DNA of 64,000 nucleotides from a virus (Duplodnaviria > Caudoviricetes), in IMG/VR virus record IMGVR_UViG_2706795806_000001, positions 35,731 through 99,730 of that record. One strand, 5' to 3'. The notes below the pieces were generated by a model. It was not told where the DNA came from. It did not search any database and was given only the letters and a program-made list of their open reading frames with translations. Shown here in pieces: positions 9,258-16,931 of the stretch; within the stretch, counting starts at the first letter, position 1, and every line of letters begins with the position of its first letter. A program made the position numbers and the translations under genes.

Positions 9258-9339
9258 GTTGTCTTAATTTCCCTGAATGTCGCCCACCTCCTGCCCTTGA
9301 ACTCCAGTATCAACCTATTAGGCTTCGTCCCTGCTATAC
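9236..9339 (-). ncRNA. candidate CsrB/RsmZ-like GGA-repeat sRNA
   Basis: Minus-strand TTGTAT-N16-TATAAT (9372-9345); GC-rich body with CAGGGA, CTGGAG, CAGGAG, CAGGGA ending at the terminator hairpin. Confidence 0.45.
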
Positions 9340-9417
9340 ATACGATTATACAGACAAATAATATAAATACAAGTAAATATTTAAATTAATTTATTTTAAA
9401 AATAATTATAAAAAGAG

Positions 9418-9470
9418 TTGACACAATAGAAAAACACGCCCATAATGCACCACATAGACAAACAACATAT
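9418..9470 (+). promoter_or_regulatory. early promoter + leader
   Basis: TTGACA-N17-CATAAT then ATAGACAAACAAC. Confidence 0.8.
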
Positions 9471-9484
9471 AAAGAGTTAATCAA

Positions 9485-9793
9485 ATGATTAAGAAAGTAA
9501 CTAAACATTTTATTGTTTACTTAAATGAAGCTTTTCAAATTGTCTTTGCTCGTTGCAGAAAGACAGGTAAATTTGTCAAGCATTGCCTAGCATTGGCTGA
9601 ACTTGAGTTAGACAACAAATACAGTTGCATGACAGCATTATATATTTGTTTTATGGCTTTCTTTAATGGATGTGTTTTTATGTTAAATTCGTTTGACATT
9701 GAACAAATTGTATTGTTTAATATTGTGGCTTCACTAGCAATTTTATTCACTTTTTCTTTGTCGTTTATTAACGATGAATTAATTGAAAAATAA
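9485..9793 (+). CDS. early membrane protein
   Basis: RCRKTGKFVK basic motif followed by two TM helices. Confidence 0.75.
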   Translation: MIKKVTKHFIVYLNEAFQIVFARCRKTGKFVKHCLALAELELDNKYSCMTALYICFMAFFNGCVFMLNSFDIEQIVLFNIVASLAILFTFSLSFINDELIEK

Positions 9794-9806
9794 ATTAATT
9801 AAACGC

Positions 9807-9866
9807 TTGACACATTAACTTAATATCTGTACTATGAACCACATAGACAGCAAACAACTTAAAAGG
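9807..9866 (+). promoter_or_regulatory. early promoter + leader
   Basis: TTGACA-N17-TACTAT then ATAGACAGCAAACAACTTAAAAGG. Confidence 0.8.
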
Positions 9867-9875
9867 TATTACACC

Positions 9876-10229
9876 ATGTTAAACATGAACGCATTGAACA
9901 AAGCTTTAAATAACGCTAACTTATCAACTATTATTACAGTTGAAAGTATTGGAATTGAAAACTTTACAAGTGACAGAGGCAACATTATTGCCAATCAGTT
10001 TGAAATACTTATCAATGGTACAGATACACGCTATCGAGTTTTTCAAAGTTATGAAACAATCATAGCCGTTAAATGTGCAGGGCATACCGTACTAGACGAA
10101 AAAGCTTTAGAGTACAGCGCAACAACTCTAAAATATTTAAAGCTTTTCTTAGGTACTTGTGCAACAAAGAAAGAGTTATACAAACGTATTGATCAAGGCG
10201 ATTACTTGACAGCAGATTTAAACAAATAA
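9876..10229 (+). CDS. hypothetical early protein
   Basis: Start placed after the leader; FQSYETIIAV...YSATTLKYL motifs. Confidence 0.8.
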   Translation: MLNMNALNKALNNANLSTIITVESIGIENFTSDRGNIIANQFEILINGTDTRYRVFQSYETIIAVKCAGHTVLDEKALEYSATTLKYLKLFLGTCATKKELYKRIDQGDYLTADLNK

Positions 10230-10254
10230 TTTTTGAATTAATTTAAATAAACAC

Positions 10255-10313
10255 TTGACTAGGGTATCAAAAAGCTTTAATATTCTAGTCATACCAAGCA
10301 AACAACGAAAGGA
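10255..10313 (+). promoter_or_regulatory. early promoter + leader
   Basis: TTGACT-N17-TAATAT then ATACCAAGCAAACAACGAAAGG. Confidence 0.8.
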
Positions 10314-10320
10314 AATAAAC

Positions 10321-10743
10321 ATGAACATTTTAAACGCTGTAAACACTGAATTAAACCTTGCTATGATCGACTTTAGTGCTGTATTTACTTGCACACAAAT
10401 TACAGATAAATGGGAGCATGACAACTTTGTATGTGTGTTTAAAAACCGTGCTACAGGTGAAGCTTTCCAATTTGACTATAAAATGGGTATCGGGCATCGT
10501 CATAAGTTAGGTCGTATCATGTTGCCTAAAGTTGATAGTGTTTTGCATTCACTCATCATGGATTCATACAGTACAGATGAATGCTTTTCTGATTGGTGCG
10601 CTAACTATGGCTATGATGATGATTCAATCAAAGCTAAGGGCATCTATGAGGCTTGCATTGAGAATGCTAAGAAATTACAAGGCGTATTTTCAAAGCGTGA
10701 AAAGTCCCTTGAAAATATCAAAGAGCTTTTAGAAGATTTTTAA
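10321..10743 (+). CDS. hypothetical early protein
   Basis: AAAGGA RBS; FSDWCANYGYDDDSIKA motif. Confidence 0.85.
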   Translation: MNILNAVNTELNLAMIDFSAVFTCTQITDKWEHDNFVCVFKNRATGEAFQFDYKMGIGHRHKLGRIMLPKVDSVLHSLIMDSYSTDECFSDWCANYGYDDDSIKAKGIYEACIENAKKLQGVFSKREKSLENIKELLEDF

Positions 10744-10762
10744 AATTAATTTGAAATAAAGC

Positions 10763-10811
10763 TTGCTTTTAGTATGACTTTCTATATAATGGAGGTCATA
10801 CAGTAAAGCAA
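10763..10811 (+). promoter_or_regulatory. hairpin-promoter element copy 1
   Basis: TTGCTT...GTATGACTTTC-TATATAAT-GGAGGTCATAC...AAAGCAA. Confidence 0.75.
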
Positions 10812-10846
10812 CCTTGCTTAACTTGAACCACATAGGAAATATTGAA

Positions 10847-11326
10847 ATGTCTTTAATCACTTTAGAATTTAACCATGCAAACATTATCGAAGCAAGTGCA
10901 ATTGATTCTTTAGCCGATGAGGGTTTAGCTTTAATTGAAGACCTAGAAAATGAAATTGAAGAGCTGAAGGAAGAGAAAGAGGCTTTAGAGGAAGGCGAAG
11001 AGGAAAACGAGGAAGACAATAGCGAACGTCTCAAAGAAATTGATCAAGAAATTGAAGGCAAGGAAAAAGAGATTAAAGACCTAAAAAGTGACGTTGATCA
11101 TTTACAAGGGGCTTACAATGAGTTATCATGCTATAATGATATGGCTATTGCAGACGACCACATAGAGGATTACATCCGTTCAAGTATTGAAGAGTCAAAC
11201 GCTGAAGAGCTGGAAAGCTTATCGGATTTGATTAAAAACAATATCAATTGGAGTGGTATTATTGAAGATGCAAAAACAGATTATTCTGAATTGACTTTAG
11301 ACGGCTTTACATATCACTTTGCATAA
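10847..11326 (+). CDS. highly acidic protein; possible ArdA-like DNA mimic
   Basis: Very E/D-rich; C-terminal INWSGIIEDAKTDY resembles the ArdA (Y/F)DYE..ARD segment. Confidence 0.6.
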   Translation: MSLITLEFNHANIIEASAIDSLADEGLALIEDLENEIEELKEEKEALEEGEEENEEDNSERLKEIDQEIEGKEKEIKDLKSDVDHLQGAYNELSCYNDMAIADDHIEDYIRSSIEESNAEELESLSDLIKNNINWSGIIEDAKTDYSELTLDGFTYHFA

Positions 11327-11333
11327 GTTTTAT

Positions 11334-11367
11334 TTTAGCATGACTTTGTAGGAGGTCATGCACTAAA
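11334..11367 (+). promoter_or_regulatory. hairpin element copy 2 (no -10 box in loop)
   Basis: TTTAGCATGACTTT-GTAG-GAGGTCATGCACTAAA. Confidence 0.7.
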
Positions 11368-11405
11368 TGAAATTTAAATCAACAAACAACGAAAGGCATA
11401 AGGCT

Positions 11406-11573
11406 ATGAACTTATCAGAAATTAAGCAAGCGTTAGACAATGGCGAATGTGTGAAGTATTTCAAAAGCACAAACAAAGTTAGATTAGAGGGTGATAAGGT
11501 GCTTTCTAAGTGTATCAATACAGGCTTTGAAAAAGTTCTGAGCCAATCAGATTTAGAAGACTGCTTTATTTAA
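11406..11573 (+). CDS. hypothetical early protein
   Basis: AAGG RBS, ATG 11406; 55 aa. Confidence 0.65.
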   Translation: MNLSEIKQALDNGECVKYFKSTNKVRLEGDKVLSKCINTGFEKVLSQSDLEDCFI

Positions 11574-11587
11574 AGGGAAAAGGGCAA

Positions 11588-11731
11588 TGAAAACTTTCAT
11601 CAAAGCTTTTAATTTTGTACTCGATAAGTTTATCCGTTTATATTTATTTTTGTTTAAACTTTACATCTTACAATTTTGTTTAGGCTTGTTATACGTCTTC
11701 ATTGCCGTTCTAAGACACGTTTACCTATAAG
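11588..11731 (+). CDS. small hydrophobic protein, 47 aa
   Basis: GGGAAAGGG RBS; MKTFIKAFNFVLDKFIRLYLFLFKLYILQFCLGLLYVFIAVLRHVYL. Confidence 0.5.
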
Positions 11732-11741
11732 GGCTACAACC

Positions 11742-11864
11742 ATGCAACAAGCATATAAAAAGATCACACAAGACCAATGGAAGGCTTTAGGAGGCTTCGA
11801 CAATCCTAGTCTATTCAGAAAATCGCTAGGTCGGTTCGGTTTTAAGTATTATCAATATATTTAA
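11742..11864 (+). CDS. small protein, 40 aa
   Basis: AAGGG RBS; MQQAYKKITQDQWKALGGFDNPSLFRK. Confidence 0.55.
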   Translation: MQQAYKKITQDQWKALGGFDNPSLFRKSLGRFGFKYYQYI

Positions 11865-11883
11865 ATTATTTTTAATTAAGGGC

Positions 11884-11943
11884 TTGACAGTATTGTACAA
11901 GTCCTTTAATATGGCACTCATACCAAGCAAACAACTTAAAAGG
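11884..11943 (+). promoter_or_regulatory. early promoter + leader
   Basis: TTGACA-N17-TAATAT then ATACCAAGCAAACAACTTAAAAGG. Confidence 0.8.
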
Positions 11944-11951
11944 CTATTATC

Positions 11952-12053
11952 ATGAACTTTAACGCTATTATCTCAAAAGTAGAAGTTATCTATTTCGTTA
12001 TCATTATGACATTATGTGCTGTATTATCTTTCAACTCTTTTATGATTGGTTAA
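11952..12053 (+). CDS. 33-aa single-TM microprotein (not in ORF track)
   Basis: Directly follows a conserved promoter/leader; MNFNAIISKVEVIYFVIIMTLCAVLSFNSFMIG. Confidence 0.65.
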   Translation: MNFNAIISKVEVIYFVIIMTLCAVLSFNSFMIG

Positions 12054-12057
12054 TATA

Positions 12058-12435
12058 ATGGGAAAGGTTGATATAATCAGAGCAAAGTTACAAGTTCAAA
12101 AGCATTATTTAGAAACTGCCAAGCAATTGGCTAATGATTTCGGTATTAACTTTGCTATTGAATTGTTAGAAAATGCAGAACATGAAGCAATGAACCTTTT
12201 AAATTCAATGGGTTATGATGTACACATAAATAACTTATATAAAGTGATTGAGATTGCTTATAATAAAGAGTTGTATTTAAATCGTTTTAAGTGTACTATT
12301 AACAGCAATGAGTTTTATATTATCTCCGATATCTATCATAATCAAATGATTATTAAGACTAAAAATTCTTGTATATTATGTGTTGTATTAGAAACTATTA
12401 ACGGTTATAATGCAGTTACTTTCGAAATGGATTGA
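12058..12435 (+). CDS. hypothetical early protein
   Basis: 125-aa ORF. Confidence 0.7.
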   Translation: MGKVDIIRAKLQVQKHYLETAKQLANDFGINFAIELLENAEHEAMNLLNSMGYDVHINNLYKVIEIAYNKELYLNRFKCTINSNEFYIISDIYHNQMIIKTKNSCILCVVLETINGYNAVTFEMD

Positions 12436-12441
12436 TTTATT

Positions 12442-12627
12442 ATGTTATATGTTATTGCTTTTCTATTTATTAATGTGAATGGTGATGAGTATTTAAATGT
12501 TATCGAAGAGCCATATTTTAAGACAGAAAAAGAGTGTAATATATTTGTTAAGAAAAACTATGTACAGCGTAAAGATTTAAAATTTTCTTGTGTACGTGAA
12601 GATTTAGTTAAAAAATCTTTTCAATAA
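12442..12627 (+). CDS. hypothetical early protein
   Basis: Hydrophobic N-terminus, FKTEKEC motif. Confidence 0.65.
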   Translation: MLYVIAFLFINVNGDEYLNVIEEPYFKTEKECNIFVKKNYVQRKDLKFSCVREDLVKKSFQ

Positions 12628-12631
12628 AAGC

Positions 12632-12681
12632 TTGCTTTTAGCATGAATTTAAAGTTATAATGAGTTCATGCAATAAAGCAA
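12632..12681 (+). promoter_or_regulatory. hairpin-promoter element copy 3
   Basis: TTGCTTTTAGCATGAATTT...TATAAT-GAGTTCATGCAATAAAGCAA. Confidence 0.75.
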
Positions 12682-12706
12682 ACAAACAACTTAAAAGGCT
12701 TGCACC

Positions 12707-13150
12707 ATGTTAAACAATCGCTACCGTGTAGAAATTCAAAAACTAGACCTATTAATCTCTAATTGGTCACTCTTAGCAGAAAGTGACACACGCTATTTTA
12801 AACTAGGTTCAATTGACTTAGATTTAGAAATGGGCTTGTGTCACAATGCAGGGCTTTACAATGTGCCTTCTAATGTACTTCATGAAAGTTATTCTAATTG
12901 GTCGGGCTTCAGTGGATCGTTGGGCTACCCTGTAGAGGGAAAGAAAGCTTTCTATGATCACACAAACAAATTTACAGTGGAACGTCTAAGACTTGCTAAA
13001 CATTTACGGACTGATTTATTTATCAAAGGTTCACCAAAGCAGACATTCAGCCAAAAGGTAGATAAAGCTTTAGATAATAAATTTATATCAGTTCCTTTAT
13101 GCTTTCTTATGTTCTTTGCATTGGCTTATACTTTTGTAAAATTAATCTAA
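12707..13150 (+). CDS. early protein with C-terminal TM helix
   Basis: GLCHN...WSGFSGSLGYPV...ERLRLAKHL motifs. Confidence 0.8.
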   Translation: MLNNRYRVEIQKLDLLISNWSLLAESDTRYFKLGSIDLDLEMGLCHNAGLYNVPSNVLHESYSNWSGFSGSLGYPVEGKKAFYDHTNKFTVERLRLAKHLRTDLFIKGSPKQTFSQKVDKALDNKFISVPLCFLMFFALAYTFVKLI

Positions 13151-13312
13151 TAAGGTATTGCAGAATGATTAAATTTCTTGCTATACTTTGCCTGTCGTTT
13201 ATTGATGGAAGTTACACAATAGACACTCACAACTATTCTTTTATTCGTGAATGCTTTCACAATTTCTCTATTCACACAATAGAAAATAGAGAAAATTTAA
13301 TAAAGAATTTAC

Positions 13313-13372
13313 TTGACACTATAGATTTATTTCTTTAGAATGTAACACATACCAAGCAAACAACATACAAGG
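13313..13372 (+). promoter_or_regulatory. early promoter + leader
   Basis: TTGACA-N17-TAGAAT then ATACCAAGCAAACAAC. Confidence 0.8.
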
Positions 13373-13380
13373 TTTTAAAG

Positions 13381-13905
13381 ATGGAAAAGCAACTTGAATT
13401 ATTTGATACTCGTTTTAATCACAATGACTTTGAATACGAAATGTGGTATGATCGTTCGGCAGAAATGGCTGAAGATGAAGACGGAAATGCCATTGACTTC
13501 GATTGTGACACTGTTTACGCTCGTACTGAATTTGCAAAGGCTTATATTGATTGGATCAATGAAGAGTTAGGAACTAGCATTCTTTTTTCTAGTATGTTCT
13601 TTCCGAAAGAATACAACTTCATGACCGATGCAATTAATGTGCAGTTTACCAATGAAGACTATGAAAAGGTTAAACAGTGGTTTAAAAGTGATGTATCTAA
13701 CAAAGCTATCCTATTGAACAAGATAGAAGGCTATGCAACTTCATGCAGTGGATATATAGCTTTTCACTCTAAGGATGAAATATGGAGCAATAAAGGCTTG
13801 TTAATGGGTATTTTATTAGAAGTATTTGCAGAAGTTCAAAACGATGAATTTACAGCATACTTTGATAGACAATGTGTTTATGACCGTTTATTTAAAGAGG
13901 TGTAA
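13381..13905 (+). CDS. acidic early protein
   Basis: 174 aa; PKEYNFMTDAI and TSCSGYIAF motifs. Confidence 0.85.
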   Translation: MEKQLELFDTRFNHNDFEYEMWYDRSAEMAEDEDGNAIDFDCDTVYARTEFAKAYIDWINEELGTSILFSSMFFPKEYNFMTDAINVQFTNEDYEKVKQWFKSDVSNKAILLNKIEGYATSCSGYIAFHSKDEIWSNKGLLMGILLEVFAEVQNDEFTAYFDRQCVYDRLFKEV

Positions 13906-13907
13906 CA

Positions 13908-14117
13908 ATGAGATTTAATGTTAATGATATCCTATGCTTATCATCGGAAGGCGTAAACAGTTATCAAGTAATCCAACGAGATGGGGACTATTTAAAACTA
14001 TTGTGTACTGACTTTGAACAAGTTGAACAAATAACCTATGATTTGACAGTATACAACCATAATACAGAGTTTTGGATTGATCGAAATAATTTTCATTTAT
14101 TTGAATTAATCGCATAA
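13908..14117 (+). CDS. hypothetical early protein
   Basis: GAGGTG RBS. Confidence 0.75.
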   Translation: MRFNVNDILCLSSEGVNSYQVIQRDGDYLKLLCTDFEQVEQITYDLTVYNHNTEFWIDRNNFHLFELIA

Positions 14118-14123
14118 ATTCAC

Positions 14124-14178
14124 TTGACAAGGAAGTCAAACAAAGCCATAATAGGCACATACCAAACAACATACAAGG
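14124..14178 (+). promoter_or_regulatory. early promoter + leader
   Basis: TTGACA-N17-CATAAT then ATACCAAACAAC. Confidence 0.8.
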
Positions 14179-14187
14179 TTAAACACC

Positions 14188-14514
14188 ATGACAAACGAAC
14201 ATATCAATTTTAACGCCTTTGTTTCATGCAAAAAGACACGAAATAAGGAAGAGTATACAATGACAGCTAACCTATACTTTAACAGCACTGAGGAAGGTAA
14301 AAAGCTAGATAGAAAGACTTTCATTGTCAAGGGTGAAAACACTCAAGAAATTGAAAAGACTTTGATTGATCAAGTTGATAAATTTATTTTCAGTCACCCA
14401 TTGACAAAAGGCGTTGCAATGTCTAGTCTAGTATTGAAAAATGTATCATATAGAGGATTTAAGGTTTTATCTCAAATTACAACTTGGAATACAATTAAAT
14501 CAAAAAAGGCTTGA
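14188..14514 (+). CDS. hypothetical early protein
   Basis: 108-aa ORF after leader. Confidence 0.8.
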   Translation: MTNEHINFNAFVSCKKTRNKEEYTMTANLYFNSTEEGKKLDRKTFIVKGENTQEIEKTLIDQVDKFIFSHPLTKGVAMSSLVLKNVSYRGFKVLSQITTWNTIKSKKA

Positions 14515-14516
14515 AA

Positions 14517-14849
14517 ATGGAATCAACTGGGTATATAATCGAAGTCATAACATTTGACACGGACATAGACCATGATCTATGGGTAAAGAACAATGACAGA
14601 TTGACCGATGAGCTTTTAAGGGTTAGGCTTTTAAAAGAAAATCTAAAATTTATTGATCATGACAACTATTTAAAACCTGAGTTATATTACAGTGTAAACA
14701 ATGTGGATTGTTCGCACGGCTCATTTGAAATTGAATTACCCAACGTCACCGAAGAAACAAACATGAGGGAGTTTTTTAAGGTACGAAATAAGCTTTTAAG
14801 TAGAACTAGAAGTCTAGTAAACAAATACTTTAAAAGTGAACCAAAATAA
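14517..14849 (+). CDS. hypothetical early protein (start uncertain)
   Basis: ORF whose 5' end overlaps a TTGAAA-N17-TATAAT promoter-like site. Confidence 0.55.
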   Translation: MESTGYIIEVITFDTDIDHDLWVKNNDRLTDELLRVRLLKENLKFIDHDNYLKPELYYSVNNVDCSHGSFEIELPNVTEETNMREFFKVRNKLLSRTRSLVNKYFKSEPK

Positions 14850-14852
14850 AGC

Positions 14853-14901
14853 TTGTTTTTAGCATAACTTTCTGTATAATGGAGGTTATGCAATAAAGCA
14901 A
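14853..14901 (+). promoter_or_regulatory. hairpin-promoter element copy 4
   Basis: TTGTTTTTAGCATAACTTTC-TGTATAAT-GGAGGTTATGCAATAAAGCAA. Confidence 0.75.
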
Positions 14902-14925
14902 TCAAACAACTTAAAAGGGCGTGTT

Positions 14926-15258
14926 ATGAAATTTGCATTTAATGATGAAGACCAATTGTATTGGTTCAATGTATTTTTAGATTTGTGTTTTGATCAATGC
15001 GGTACTAATTGTGACCGTGATGCCCTTGTGTTAGGTGCTTTTAAGGCATTCACCTATTCAGAGAATCTTTTAGCAATGGCAAGAAAACGCCCTATCACAT
15101 TCACCTTTTCAGAGGCTGAAGAAACTCTTTTAACAGTGTGTTATGAAAATGATTTGAATAGTTATTACTATGGAGTAATTAAGCATTTAACGCCTAGTAA
15201 GATCATTCAGTATGGTTATACAAACGAGCAATTTAAACCTAAAATTAAAATGATTTAG
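14926..15258 (+). CDS. hypothetical early protein
   Basis: 110-aa ORF after leader. Confidence 0.8.
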   Translation: MKFAFNDEDQLYWFNVFLDLCFDQCGTNCDRDALVLGAFKAFTYSENLLAMARKRPITFTFSEAEETLLTVCYENDLNSYYYGVIKHLTPSKIIQYGYTNEQFKPKIKMI

Positions 15259-15261
15259 GGC

Positions 15262-15313
15262 TTGCAATTACTTTAAACGTCTATATAATGAAAGACACAA
15301 ACAACATAGAAGG
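15262..15313 (+). promoter_or_regulatory. early promoter + leader
   Basis: TTGCAA-N16-TATAAT then ACAAACAACATAGAAGG. Confidence 0.7.
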
Positions 15314-15320
15314 CAATGCA

Positions 15321-15605
15321 ATGAAACAAGATTATAGCTTTTTCCTATTCTGTCAATTGGTTAATGATGATTTAATCAATGTGAATAACTTATCAATTCC
15401 TTATGATCAACTTTTTCCAATAATGACAGAGCATTTCGAAGTATTTAAAAACTTTGATAGTAATATGGAAATATCAGAGTATGAGGCTATAGAGCTGTAT
15501 TTTGAGAATTCAGGAACTCTTTTAGCTGAATTGATGCGATTAGATGAGGAAAACGAGTGGGAACGACCAAAGCCAAAAGGCTATTCATTTTTGTTTGACA
15601 AGTGA
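15321..15605 (+). CDS. acidic early protein
   Basis: Start placed after leader; 94 aa. Confidence 0.75.
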   Translation: MKQDYSFFLFCQLVNDDLINVNNLSIPYDQLFPIMTEHFEVFKNFDSNMEISEYEAIELYFENSGTLLAELMRLDEENEWERPKPKGYSFLFDK

Positions 15606-15616
15606 GGCATAGAGCT

Positions 15617-15949
15617 ATGAAAAGTAATTTAAACAAACTGATTGACAAGTTAATCAAACTAAGAAACAATTGTGCTATCCCTGTTAGCTCACTAAATGAA
15701 TTAAATCAGGTAGCAATTGCTTTAAAACGTGCAGGGTATAAAGGACAGTTTAGCAGTGATTACGATAGCAAGCGATTTAGAAATCATATAGGTGATGCAA
15801 AGTATTTTTGTTATAGCTCGAATGACGGAAAACAAAGGCATCCTATAGGCATATCTGTCTACAATGTACAAGGTGAAGACAAAGAGTATATGATAGTAAA
15901 TTGGGATGTAACAGAGCCTTGTTATAGTAACAAATTACTAAGACTTTAA
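15617..15949 (+). CDS. hypothetical early protein
   Basis: 110-aa ORF. Confidence 0.7.
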   Translation: MKSNLNKLIDKLIKLRNNCAIPVSSLNELNQVAIALKRAGYKGQFSSDYDSKRFRNHIGDAKYFCYSSNDGKQRHPIGISVYNVQGEDKEYMIVNWDVTEPCYSNKLLRL

Positions 15950-15975
15950 CAACTGATTTAATGTAAACTTATGTA

Positions 15976-16004
15976 AACGGTGGCACTTTTCAAGTGTTGC
16001 CGTT
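15976..16004. terminator. hairpin, probable terminator
   Basis: AACGGTGGCACTT-TTC-AAGTGTTGCCGTT. Confidence 0.6.
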
Positions 16005-16863
16005 ATCTCATTTCATGAGAATTAATATTTAAATAAGAATCAATACTTTACGGCAGTAAAGCAATGTATCTAAAATAAGAACAAACAACATAGAGAAAAA
16101 CAACAAAATGAAGGTTAATAATAGCTTTCACTATCGTTCAAAGGCTATTAGAAGGACAAACAAAGACAATGGATAACATAACTCATCTATAACAAACTAT
16201 CGTTTATATACGCTCTAAGCGAAGCTTAAAAGCTTTCTTGCACTATCTTGTTTATTCTTCATTGTTCTTTGTTGTTCCTTATGTTTAAAGGCTTTGCAGG
16301 GCAAAGAGTTCTAATAATTGAATGTTTAAAAGGCTTGAATTAATTTCTTGAAGTATGAACATTGAAGCAATTTCTTGAAGTATAAGTCTTGAAAGCTTAT
16401 TTCTAAATGTACTCTAATTTACTTAGATTGTACACCAATTGTCAGGCATGACCCTATGTCTTTTGTCAAGAATTATTTTAAATTAATTTTGTTTAGAAAT
16501 GAATCAGAAAAGTTAGAGTTTGTCAAGCACTTTATTCAGTTAAATTTCAGGATCACACATTCAATTAAATGTCAAGAAGAATTCAAATAAACGATAAAAG
16601 GAATAAATTAATTAGAAAATTAAATAAAGAAATGTATTGCATTGAGAGGATAATTCAAGTATAATACTTTAGACTATGGCTGGAGTCTTTCACCACGAGG
16701 TTCGTAAACAAGTTACTGAGTATATCATATAAATGTCGATTTGTCAAGTCTTTTTTATATGAATTATTCTTATAAGGATGTGCAGGACTTATCACTAAAA
16801 GTTATAAGACTTAAAGTTATGAAACCTTTAGTAATGTATAACAAAAAAGAATGAATAAATAAA

Positions 16864-16925
16864 TTGACACGGCGTATGGAAATAGGCATAATAAGCACAT
16901 ACCAAGCAAACAACATATTAAAGGT
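16864..16925 (+). promoter_or_regulatory. early promoter + leader
   Basis: TTGACA-N17-CATAAT then ATACCAAGCAAACAAC. Confidence 0.8.
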
Positions 16926-16931
16926 TAAGAG

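Noticed and set aside
9834-15320. Upstream starts given in the ORF track (9834, 10255, 10814, 11367, 15288)
   Set aside because: They lie in promoter or leader sequence; downstream ATGs after the RBS are preferred
8263-16931. Repeated ATACCAAGCAAACAAC motif as a CRISPR array
   Set aside because: Spacing is irregular (hundreds to thousands of bp), each copy is a promoter leader before an ORF, and no cas genes are present
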